A stretch of DNA of 64,000 bases. It comes from Paraspadella gotoi. Its lineage: Eukaryota > Animalia > Chaetognatha. The stretch's first letter is position 1. Each line of letters begins with the position of its first letter. Below are positions 53,501-64,000 of this stretch, piece after piece. Made by a program: the position numbers and the translations under genes. Under the pieces are notes generated by a model, which saw nothing but the letters and a program-made list of their open reading frames with translations, did no database searches and had not been told where the DNA came from. Location: the NCBI GenBank assembly GCA_051294375.1, contig CM119267.1, positions 23,650,115-23,714,114 on the forward strand, in the 5' to 3' direction.

Positions 53501-53913
53501 GAGGAGGAGGAGGAGGTAAGAGGGTGAGGGGAGGACAAAGATAAGGAAGAGATGAGGGAAGAGAGCGAGAGAGGTAGGAAGGATAATTGGATTGAAAGAG
53601 GGAGAGGGGGAGAGAGGAAGCAAAATGAAAGGTTAACTCGATGCACCGCGGTCACTGGTGAGTCGATGAGTTAACTGAACGAGTTTGTGGAGGAAGAGAC
53701 GAAAAATTGAATAAAAAAAAAAAAAGAATTGGGTGAGAAAATGAGATTGAAAGAAAAATGAAAAATGATGTGGGTAAAAATGTGGAAAGTTAAGCAGTGG
53801 TCAGTGAGAACTTGTGGTTGTAGCGTAGCGAGAAGTTAAATGGGTAAAAGTTGAACCGTTGTAAAATTTAGCTCAAGTAGTTGTGGTATATCCTCTCTTT
53901 CTTTGTTTTTGAG

Positions 53914-53992
53914 GCAATTACAAAGAAACAGTGTTTTTATTTATTACAAATCATCGTTGTAATAAATAAAAACTCTGTTTCTTTGTAATAGC
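53914..53992. repeat. Near-perfect ~80-bp palindrome
   Basis: attacaaagaaacagtgtttttatttattacaa / ttgtaataaataaaaactctgtttctttgtaat. The arms resemble the outer arms of the 40841 fold-back. Confidence 0.75.
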
Positions 53993-54278
53993 TTTAGTAG
54001 TTAAAAATTAAAGATAGTTGCTTTGATATTTGGGTGATGTGAAAAGAATTGACATTATTCCCCTAGGATTATCACAAGGTCGAGTGAAAACGGTGAAAGT
54101 AATTTTTGAGACAATATCAGCCTATCACTTTTCGTAAAAATTATTTGTGAAAACTATGAAGAAATAAAAAACAGAAGAAAAAGAAAAAATAAAGTAAAAA
54201 TTAAAAAAAAAGATGAAGTAAAGTTAAAAAAAACAAAAACAAAACTCTCAAAGGAGTTGATTTAAAATAGGGGATTAT

Positions 54279-54316
<38 letters not shown>

Positions 54317-55994
54317 AGTGATACTTTGGGACATATATGAGTTTGATTTTGATATGAAAATGGAGTCAAAGACAAANNNNNNNNNNNNNNNNNNNNNNNN
54401 NNNNNNNNNNNNNNNNNNNNNNNNNNNNNNNNNNNNNNNNNNNNNNNNNNNNNNNNNNNNNNNNNNNNNNNNNNNNNNNNNNNNNNNNNNNNNNNNNNNN
54501 NNNNNNNNNNNNNNNNNNNNNNNNNNNNNNNNNNNNNNNNNNNNNNNNNNNNNNNNNNNNNNNNNNNNNNAACATTACAGATTTAGGATAGAATGAGTTT
54601 AATCTAGGAGATTAATAGAGGGAGATTTAGTTAAGAGGACACTTTAATTATTAGGACAGTCTGAGCATACAGGGTAGCTTTAGTTAAAACGAGGCTCTCT
54701 CAGTTAATAAAATCGACGCCGATGATTTTTTTTCCACAATTTTTGTTTTCCAATAGATTATTGGAATAAACGATGAGGAAAAAATCGCGCGGGAAAATTC
54801 AAAATTAGTTTATCCCGAAACAAAAAAAAATAAACAAAAGAGTAACGCGTTTTAATTAATAAAAAGTTTTTCTTTTTTTATAAATTTTCTTTTTTGATGA
54901 AAGGATGGACTGATTTTTTGAGCAGTTTTCTTTATCTCTTTTTTTTNNNNNNNNNNNNNNNNNNNNNNNNNNNNNNNNNNNNNNNNNNNNNNNNNNNNNN
55001 NNNNNNNNNNNNNNNNNNNNNNNNNNNNNNNNNNNNNNNNNNNNNNNNNNNNNNNNNNNNNNNNNNNNNNNNNNNNNNNNNNNNNNNNNNNNNNNNNNNN
55101 NNNNNNNNNNNNNNNNNNNNNNNNNNNNNNTATCTTTTTTTTTCCGCGAGAGAGAGAGAAAATTTTGTTACTCTGATGCAAATTTCTTGCCATTTTTGAG
55201 CCTCAACATGAGGAGGGGGGATTAAGCCTGACAAACTTGACGAGATAAAGGAGGAGGAGGAAGGGGAGGAAGAGGAAGAGGAAGAGGAGATGGAAGCAGA
55301 GAAGGAAGGAGGAGGAAGAAGGGGTAGAGGAAGGAAAGGAGAAGGATTGGTTTGACCTCAGCAGCCGCAAGAGCCGCAGCAGTGGCAGGAGGCGCAGCAG
55401 CAGTAAATGCAGCTGCTGAATGCAACGCGGCAGTCGCGGCTGTAATAACCGCAGCCACCGCAAAGGCTGCAGCAGCGTGATCACTTCACAACGCCCTTAC
55501 CCTTCACCCACGACCGACCCACGATTGCGGAGTGAATCTAAAAGGAAAAGACAGAGAGAGAGTGAGAAAGAAGGAATGAAAGAAAGGCAAAGAAAGAAAT
55601 AAGAAAGAATCTGAGAATAAAGTAAAGAAAAAAAAGGAGTGAAGAAAAGGAAGGAAAAGTTATGATAAAGAAGAAAAAAAGAAAAGAAATGGAAACAAGA
55701 AAAGTGATGATGAAAAAAAAAGAAATGGAGGAAAGAAAAAAAAGAAAAGAAAAAGACAAGGAGGAAAGAAAAGAGAAAACCACCTTCAAGTTCAAAGTGT
55801 TGCGCCGCAGTCACTTTTTTATATATGTTATATAGTATATGAGTAAATACCATATTTGTACATTGTACGTACAAATATAAAGCACACATGTATTAATTAT
55901 CTCATGACAAACAAGCTTTTTTACAAAGTTTTATTCAAAATAATTTTATTTTACCCGAGTAAAGAACATTTGAAATAAAATTGCAACGGGTTAA

Positions 55995-56078
55995 TAAACA
56001 GAGAGACGGACTGACCGACCAAAAAGTGACTTATAGAGTTACTTACGCGAGTACTCGCGACGTAACTGGAAAAAAAGC
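55995..56078 (-). mobile_element. 5' end fragment of another HINE-like family
   Basis: The minus strand reads T-run, cagttac...cgcgagtactcgcg...gtaactctataagtcac...ggtcggtcagtccgtc. A similar fragment lies at about 9470-9575. Confidence 0.4.
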
Positions 56079-56247
56079 AAAAAGAATGAGTCGTTTGGAA
56101 TTTGGAAGGAAAAAAAGAATTAGTTTTTTCAGTTATGATCAGAAAATGTGGAAGAGAAAAGAAAAGAGAGAATAGACCGGAGTTAATCGCACAGGCCGCT
56201 TGGGGAAAGAGAGAGAGAGAGAAGAGAGATGAGAGAGACGAGGAGAC

Positions 56248-56283
<36 letters not shown>

Positions 56284-58268
56284 CGGAACTCGAGAGTGGG
56301 GACGCTCACTCGGGACTTCAGAAGCCACCGACGCCAGGGGATGGAGTCGGGATAATCGGAGTGGTGAGGTGGTGAGGTGGTAAGGTCTGTGAGAGGATTG
56401 GAAGAGTGAGGAATTAGAAAATAGGAGGAGGAGGAGGAAAAGTTATGGTGATGGGGCGATAAAAGGAGATGATGTCGCGAAACTGATATCGCGAAGGACG
56501 ATAGGAAAAACTGAGGCGATGGGGCTGGAGAATTCGGGACGTTGGGAGAACGTTGTGATTGAGTGGGAGAATGGCAGAGTGAGAATGAGGGGATGCCGTC
56601 GCCATTGGGTGGAAGAATAAAAAGAGTGAGGGAACGTGACAATTGAGTGGGAGAACTTGGTTCCGAGTGATTGACAAGGAGAACGGACTTATGCAGTAGC
56701 AGAAAATGATGTTTATGATGAAGAATTCGAAAAAAAAGATCATTGAGTGGGAGAACATGGAAGTGAAGTGGGAAAAGTGGTAATGAAGTGACGGAAGGGA
56801 AGAACGATGCGATGGAGTGGGAGAATGCGGTGTGAGAGCTGGAGAATTGGGGGATGGGAAAGAAGAACAAGGTGATGAAGTGGAAGAACATCAACCGTTG
56901 ATGGAGTTTTTTGTAAGAGGAAGAACATCAATGATGCGATGGGATTCTCTGATGGAGTGGAAGAACATAAAAGTAACGAAGGCCTCGTTTGATTAAAGGA
57001 AAGAATCACATGAAAAGTCACGTGACGAATTGAATGTGAATCAAATAAATGTGAATCGCGGATTGAAAGCGATTTTGTTTTTGTTTGGAGAAAGTGAGAA
57101 AGAGGTGTGAGAGAAGTGAGAGAGAAGTGTGATAATCTTTGTGAAATCTTTAAAATCACTCAAATATTTTAAAATTATGAAACTTTTATATCTCAAAGAC
57201 ATTTTAATTGTCTAATTTTTTTTTTATAAATGTATCCAAAATGTTACAAACGGTAAGAATCTCTCAAATCTTTAAATTCTCCTAAATCTTTTAAATCTTT
57301 TAAATACTTTAAATCTCTTAAATCATTATAATAGAATAGATAAAAAAGAAACTTCCTTGATTTCCAATTGCGAACACTTAATTATTTAAGCTTCAATTTA
57401 ATTGTCTATTCTCAACGTTGTTCTTACTCTTTCTACTCTCAACTCCCGTCGCTAATGGCAACTGAGCGGGCGTCCAGAACTCTCTCCATTCAATCTCTTC
57501 TTATCGACTTGATCTCGTTTCGAATCTCTTCTCTTCACGAGTCAACCAAAGTTCGAATCTCCGACACGAGTCCAATTCTTTAAATAAGTGAAGCAAAAAG
57601 AAAATTTATGTGAAACCTCATTTACATATTGCAGCATTATGAATTCTTTATTCTTACGAGTTTAATGGATTATTTATCACAAAAAATGACGATTCGAAGA
57701 CCAAGTTTTTTAAAAAAGCCTAATGATACCGGCGCCGGAAATTAACGAGTAGATGGATTTGATTGACCAAATGGACGGCCTCTCTTGGTTTTAATTCTGA
57801 TTGATCAATCAGAGAAGAGCTTTCTCTCAGGAAACCGACGGCGGGGAAAGAAGAGATGAAAACCGGATCAGTCTTCAACTTGGTTCTGAAAAATTACAGT
57901 TCACGTCCTGTTGTTACTCTGTTTAATCTCTATCAATAATAATTTAATAATTATTATTATTACGTGTCTAATGTCAATTAATCTTCTTAGATTTCTATGT
58001 ATTAAACCACGACGCGCATAAATAATTTGAAAATCTGAATTAATTTGTACGATATAATTTTGTTTCGAGAATAAAGTTTGAACTAATTTACAAAATTTTT
58101 CAAAAAATACAATGACTAAAACGTTTTAACAATTGTGAAAAGTATGCGCTTGAATCAGAGAAGCGAAGATATCACTCTAAGCACTCAAGACCTTGTTGTT
58201 GTTGTTGTCGTCGTCGTCCTTGACGCGTCCAAAGCTAAAGTGAACGAATTAAGTGTGAAAAAGAGACG

Positions 58269-58322
<54 letters not shown>

Positions 58323-58703
58323 CCATGATGATAAAAATGGCCCAAAGACCTTGAAAACAACGACAACGAGGCTCCCGACGATGAAGAGAGCCTAGAATTA
58401 AAGAAGAGATGGAGACAGAGTCGAAACGAGATGGAGACGAAAAGAGCTTCAGCGAATGAAGAAGGAGCAGCTTTTGCCAAGGTCAAGTCATATCTGGAAG
58501 AATAATTGGCGAGAGAGTGAGAGCGAGAGAGAGAGAGAGAGAGAGNNNNNNNNNNNNNNNNNNNNNNNNNAAAAGAGAGAGAGAGGAGAGACGAGAGGCG
58601 TGACTTTCGTCCCCGTTTTACTTTTTCTTCTGGTGGCTAAAATGGAATTCCCTCTATCTCGGAGTCTCCGACTCGCATTGCGCCGCAAGAAGAGCGTCGC
58701 TCA

Positions 58704-58740
<37 letters not shown>

Positions 58741-59768
58741 CTCTCTTCCTCTCTCTTCTCTCTCTCTCTCTCTCATCTCTCACTCTACCTCTCCCGCTCC
58801 ATCCCTTCCTGACCCATCCGAGCTCTCACCTCGCTCTCGCCGATCCTCGTCTCGCTCCCGCCTCATCGCCGCTTCGGCTCACTCTTCTCTCCCGCGCCGA
58901 TGTCATCCTCCTCTCTTCTCCTCCACGCTCTCTCTGCCAACTCCCTGCCGGCCTCTCGCCTCGCTGCTCTTGTCACTCAATCCACCCTCCTCTAGCGTCA
59001 TCCGTCCTCCCTCTCTCTCCTCTTCTCTCTCGTCGCGCGCAATTTCCCAGCTCGTTGTCTAGCGACGGCTCGGCGGTTCCTGTTCCGCTTTTTTTTATCC
59101 TTCCGCAAAAAATTTAAAAAAAAAAAAAATTTTCAACTTCTGACGCAAAAAATTGTGTTTTTTTTACTCCGAAATGAAAAAAATTATAACATTTTAATTA
59201 ATTTATAAATATAGTGTTAATTTCTGTTTACACGTCATTACATTAGCAAACAATGGTAAAATAAACCATGTACTTTTTAAAACAGAGAAAAACCGGTGAA
59301 AAAGCAAGAAAGAAAGCTTTTCCAAAAAAACAAAAAAAATTAAATCAATATTTGAAATAATATTTAGTTTTTATCTTGCCTTTACACCGGATGTCTCCCC
59401 GTTATCATAAATACATGTTTGTAATACATTACATATGTATGTTATATCGCGCTTTTATTTTGCTTTTTTAACTTCGACGTTTTCTCTCCTTTCCGCTTTA
59501 TAATTTTAAGTTAATTTGTAAATTTTTAGTTAAAGTTAAAGTTTAAAGACCCATTTTATACAATCATAAAGAAAACTAATTGTATAACACGTATAAAGTG
59601 TTACTGGGAGTCCATTCGTTCTGTTCCTCCGTCCGTCCGTCCGTCCGTGCCCTCCAATCATCCGTCCACTCTCCGATCTGAAATTTCCAAACTACAATCA
59701 GACTGGCCGGCCTCGAGTTAGAATTGAGCCGCTATTCGAAAAGTGTGGGCGAGAGAGAGAAGAGAAGT

Positions 59769-59825
<57 letters not shown>

Positions 59826-60494
59826 AGAGCAGAGAGGGAAAAGAAGAAGAGAGAGAGAGAGCAGAGAGAGAGCAGAGAGAGTGTCAACGGCGGCTGTGGC
59901 TCGCTATGCTACGCTGGCTACGATCCGCTGCTGCGTCTGCACGTTTTTCATCATTTTTCCATTTTATTTACGTTACCTTTTATTCCCCGAAGAGCGAACT
60001 TACCTGAATTTAGAAAAAAATATTTTTTGAGAAACATGCCTATCATCAACTTTTTTTTCCGGGACGGTAACTTTTTTATTCATCCTTATTTTTAAATAAC
60101 TTACTTAAATTAACTATATTTTTATCCAGTATCCAAATTGATGAAATTATGCTTTATGCATCGTTCCTTCTTTTATTCCTTTTCTCTTTTTCCTTCGCTT
60201 CTCCTTCTCCTTCCATCTCCTTCCTTTCTCAATTCCTTTTTCTTTTTCAAACAATCTTCTTCCCCTTTTCATTTCTTTATTCTTATGTCTGTTCTGTTTT
60301 CCTTTTTGTTTTCACAACTTCTTTCCTTTTTATTTCTTTATCTCCTTCTGCTCTGTTCTGTTTTCCTCTTTTGTTTTTCAACAAACCTTCCTTCCTTTTC
60401 ATTTCTTTTATCTTCCTTTCTGCTCGTTCTGTGTTTCCACTTTTGTTTTTCAACAAATCTTTTTTCCTTTTCATTTCTTATCTCCTTGCCCTGC

Positions 60495-61128
60495 TAGAGG
60501 TAGCCGACCAAATTCAAATTTTAATGGGAAACAGCAATTAAACATTAATCCCATTTATTGGTATTAATTATTGTGTTTGAAATATTTTTTTTAACAAAAA
60601 TGTTCCGGAACGCATGAGTATTACGCAATTAATATTTTTTATTGCGTATATAATGTCAAAAATTTTTTTGGATATTTTAAGTTTTTAATTGATTCTGATA
60701 GAGCTTAAAAGTTAAACAAATATAATTACAACTTTTTAAATTTTGATGTTTTATTACTAAAAAATTAGAAAAAAACTGCTAAAATCATCGGATGATTGAT
60801 GAGATGAGACTTTTTTAAGGTTTTTCTCAATTTAAACCCACTTATCATCAACAATATTGAAAAAAGAATTATACTTTGTGTAGATAACTTTTCAAATAAG
60901 ACGCATTCTGAATTGCTTTTAAAAATAACAAATTCAAAAAAAATTTTTGACATTTCTATCTAGTAAATAATATTAAAAAATTAATTACTAATGCTATCTT
61001 GGCCTTTTATGTAAAATTTTTGTCATTGAAAGTTTTCCTCAGAAATGTAATGAAGTTTATTTGGAAAGCGTTCGCAAAATCAAACTTCTGACCGCACCGC
61101 CCATTGCGAAGTTGGCGCTAAACTTCTG
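60495..61128. mobile_element. Second, inverted copy of the 1-539 repeat family
   Basis: Begins tagaggtagccgaccaaattcaaatttt and is colinear with the reverse complement of 1-539, with an internal insertion. Confidence 0.65.
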
Positions 61129-61566
61129 CTGCAACGCGCAATCCTCGAGACGAAATAAAAGACAAAAAGTATTAATAAAAATAAATTTAAAAAATTAAAA
61201 AATAAATTCCTTTCTCACCGGAAAACAAACCACACCACAGCCGGCAGACACACACAGGATAAAAAAAAACCAGAAAGACAGAAAAACAGAAAACAGAAAA
61301 ACAAAAACAAATTAAAAATTTCGTTCTGTTTTTCGTCTCGCGGAGATTGTTGAATCTGGGGGGCGTGGGAGCGAAAGGTTGGGGGGAAAGAGGGGGAGGG
61401 AGAGAAAGAGAGAGAGAGAGAGGAGGAGAGGGGAGAGGGACGAGAGAAAGGGAGAAAAGAGAGAGGGAGAAAGGAAAAGGAAAAAATTAACGAGGATCGG
61501 ATTTGATTGTTCGTTGGTGTCGAAAATCGCGTGGAGGCATTTGACAAGTTGAGGGGAAACTGGTAA

Positions 61567-61612
<46 letters not shown>

Positions 61613-62237
61613 GAGAGAAAGATAGAGAGAGAGAGGAGGAGGAGAGAGAGAAAGAGAGAGAGAGAGAGGAGAGAGAGAGAGAAAGAGAGAGATAACGCCA
61701 AACTTTTGCTAGGATTCTTGTGTCAGTATCTTAACGCCGTTCGTTATGTTCCTTTTGCGATCCGCTCTTGTTTTTACTTTTAGTTATAATATTTTCGTTA
61801 ATTCTGTTTATTTTTCTTAATTTTTTTGTTTTCACTTCTATTTTTCTTGCTTTTCTTTCCTATTATTATCTTTTCTTTCCTTGTTCTTTCCTTCTTCACT
61901 TTCCCTTTTTATTTTTGTTATTATTCTTTCCTTCTTTTTATCTTTTTTTCATTCCTTTCCTGGTTTTCTCTTTTCTCTCCTATTCCTTTTAATCTTTTCT
62001 CTTACTTTCTTTTCTTTCTTTTTTTATTTTCTTCTCTTTTCCGGTTTTCCCTCTTTCTTTTTCCTTTTTTTCTCTCCTCTTCATTCACGCCCGAAAATAC
62101 TGCTGCCACCAAAAAAAAATTTCTTTTTCTCTCCTCGAACTTTCTTGTGATTTCACTTAGGTTATTTTAGGTGAACCTTTTTTTCTCTCACCAACCTTTT
62201 CACTTCCACTCTCTCTCTCCTCTCTCTGTCTCACGCG

Positions 62238-62269
<32 letters not shown>

Positions 62270-62585
62270 TCACCCCTCTGGTCCTTCTCTCTCTCCTCTC
62301 TTTCCTCTCTCTCTCTCTCTCTAGTCTGTTCTCTCAAGCACATCGACTTTCTCCCATAGTTCTCCAGAATCTACCATCTCAAATCAAATTTAAGCTTTTT
62401 GAAAATATTTGATTTCTTCTGCCCATTGAAGAATTAAAAGTATGTAACATGAAGAGAGATCACTTCAGAACAGCCGGGCTTAAAACCTCATCTCACCCAA
62501 GCCACACAAGATGTGCCACCCCCTGAAATTTAAGCTATGACTAACAGCAATCCGAAGAAACTGTGTTGTCAAAAAATTAAGTTTT

Positions 62586-62833
62586 TGTGGACGAACAACC
62601 ATAAGACGCAACCCCGGTAACTAATTGGCCTTACTTTCAACCTTACCTCATTTATTTAGCTCTCCTTTATGGTCAAACTTTGAAGAATAAATTCATCTTA
62701 CTCTGAAACTTGTGTCGTCCACACGTGATGAGCCGACTGGGAAAAAAAGAAACAAAAAAGAAAACAATCGAGGGAAGGTTGAAGTAAGGTCAATTAGTTG
62801 ACCGGGGTTGCGTCTTATGGTTGTTTGTCCACA
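62586..62833. mobile_element. MITE with TGT...ACA termini, ~58-bp TIRs and 5-bp TSD (Ginger-like)
   Basis: tgtggacgaacaaccataagacgcaaccccggt... is mirrored at the right end. gtttt flanks both sides (62581-62585 and 62834-62838). Confidence 0.7.
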
Positions 62834-63399
62834 GTTTTCTCATAATTGTAAGCATTCGAAATTGCAACGATCAATCTGCCAGCAAACGAGGATTCAATCT
62901 CTCAAAACGCAGCATCGAAGATTTGCAATGATCAAAAACTGCAGCGCTTGAAGATTCCGATCTTTTTAACTGCAGCACAGATTTTAATGTCACCCGAAGA
63001 TTTTGATCGTTTAAACTGCAGCACACGAAGATTGACTTAATCCATCCTCAAAGATTCAGATTCCACTTCAGCACCAAAGAAGCTGAATCTCAAACGAAAG
63101 ACGGTCCGCCTCAAATCGCCGGTGGTGCCCCAAGACGAGGCGCCCAAAAACCTGCACGCCCCAAACCACCTGGCGCCCAGAGACCCCCCCCCTTCACGTC
63201 CGCCCGTCCTGCGGCGCTCACAGTCTCAGAAAACCGAGTAAGGAAGAAAAGGAGAAAAAAAAAGAAGATTCTAAAGTTATGGTCCATATCGTTTATGCCT
63301 CTCGTATAAAAGATTCATGCGTCGGGAGCGAACTCGAAGGGACCGTGGTGAGTGTTTTGCGACACAGAGAGAGGGTGAGTTTTCAAAAAGGTAAGGTGA

Positions 63400-63439
<40 letters not shown>

Positions 63440-63480
63440 AGAGGAGAGAGAGAGAGAGAGAGAAAGGTGGAATGGAGGAT

Positions 63481-64000
63481 AAAATTATTAATTAATTTAT
63501 AAAATATATGTTAATATTCTTTTCACGTCATTACATTAGCACAATGGTAAAATAAACATGTATTTTTAAAACGGAGAAATCCGGTGAAAAAGGCAAAGAA
63601 AAAGCTTTTCCAAAAAACAAAAAAAATTAATCAAAATATTTGAAATAATAATATTTCAAAATATTAGTTTTTATCTTTGCCTTTACACCGGATGTCTCCN
63701 NNNNNNNNNNNNNNNNNNNNNNNNNNNNNNNNNNNNNNNNNNNNNNNNNNNNNNNNNNNNNNNNNNNNNNNNNNNNNNNNNNNNNNNNNNNNNNNNNNNN
63801 NNNNNNNNNNNNNNNNNNNNNNNNNNNNNNNNNNNNNNNNNNNNNNNNNNNNNNNNNNNNNNNNNNNNNNNNNNNNNNNNNNNNNNNNCCTTTCGCTTTT
63901 ATAATTTTAAGTTAATTTTAAATTTTTATCTGAGTTTAAAGACCCATTTTTATACAATCATAAAAAACTATTGTATAACACGTATAGAGTGTTACTGGGA
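63481..64000. repeat. Direct copy of about 59180-59609
   Basis: Colinear cacgtcattacattagc...ccggatgtctcc and ...gtgttactggga, interrupted here by an N gap. Confidence 0.8.

Noticed and set aside
55350-55485. Poly-Ala stretch resembling a transcription-factor exon
   Set aside because: Reads as poly-Ala on both strands (GCN/NGC repeat), has a nearby in-frame stop and weak splice sites.

Overview
AT-rich eukaryotic genomic DNA, most likely an invertebrate animal, with GT-AG introns, very dense (GA)n/(GAC)n/(GAAA)n microsatellites, 11 N-gaps and patches that look like noisy long-read gap filling. There are no prokaryotic features or CRISPR arrays. Most ORFs in the supplied track are microsatellite artefacts; the real genes are mostly spliced and were reconstructed by hand. 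The first 10 kb holds three minus-strand paralogues of a small (104-121 aa) protein that I do not recognise: signal peptide, 8-Cys domain (C-x5-C-x15-CC-x9/14-C-x3-C-x2/3-C-x6/7-C, invariant DGCCM) and GPI-type tail. Between two of them lies a plus-strand Cys-rich, mucin-stalked, probably GPI-anchored gene. Next come a multi-exon XK-related (scramblase-family) gene with a long extension (10.7-19.5 kb) and an intronless NACHT NTPase (24.2-26.2 kb). From about 29 kb to 64 kb the window is gene-poor and repeat-rich. Mobile elements across the window include Helentron/DINE-like elements, tRNA-derived repeats, several MITE types and Penelope-like ends, one with a hammerhead-like fold-back. Several duplications are probably assembly artefacts. 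All gene models are manual and unverified by transcripts or database searches.
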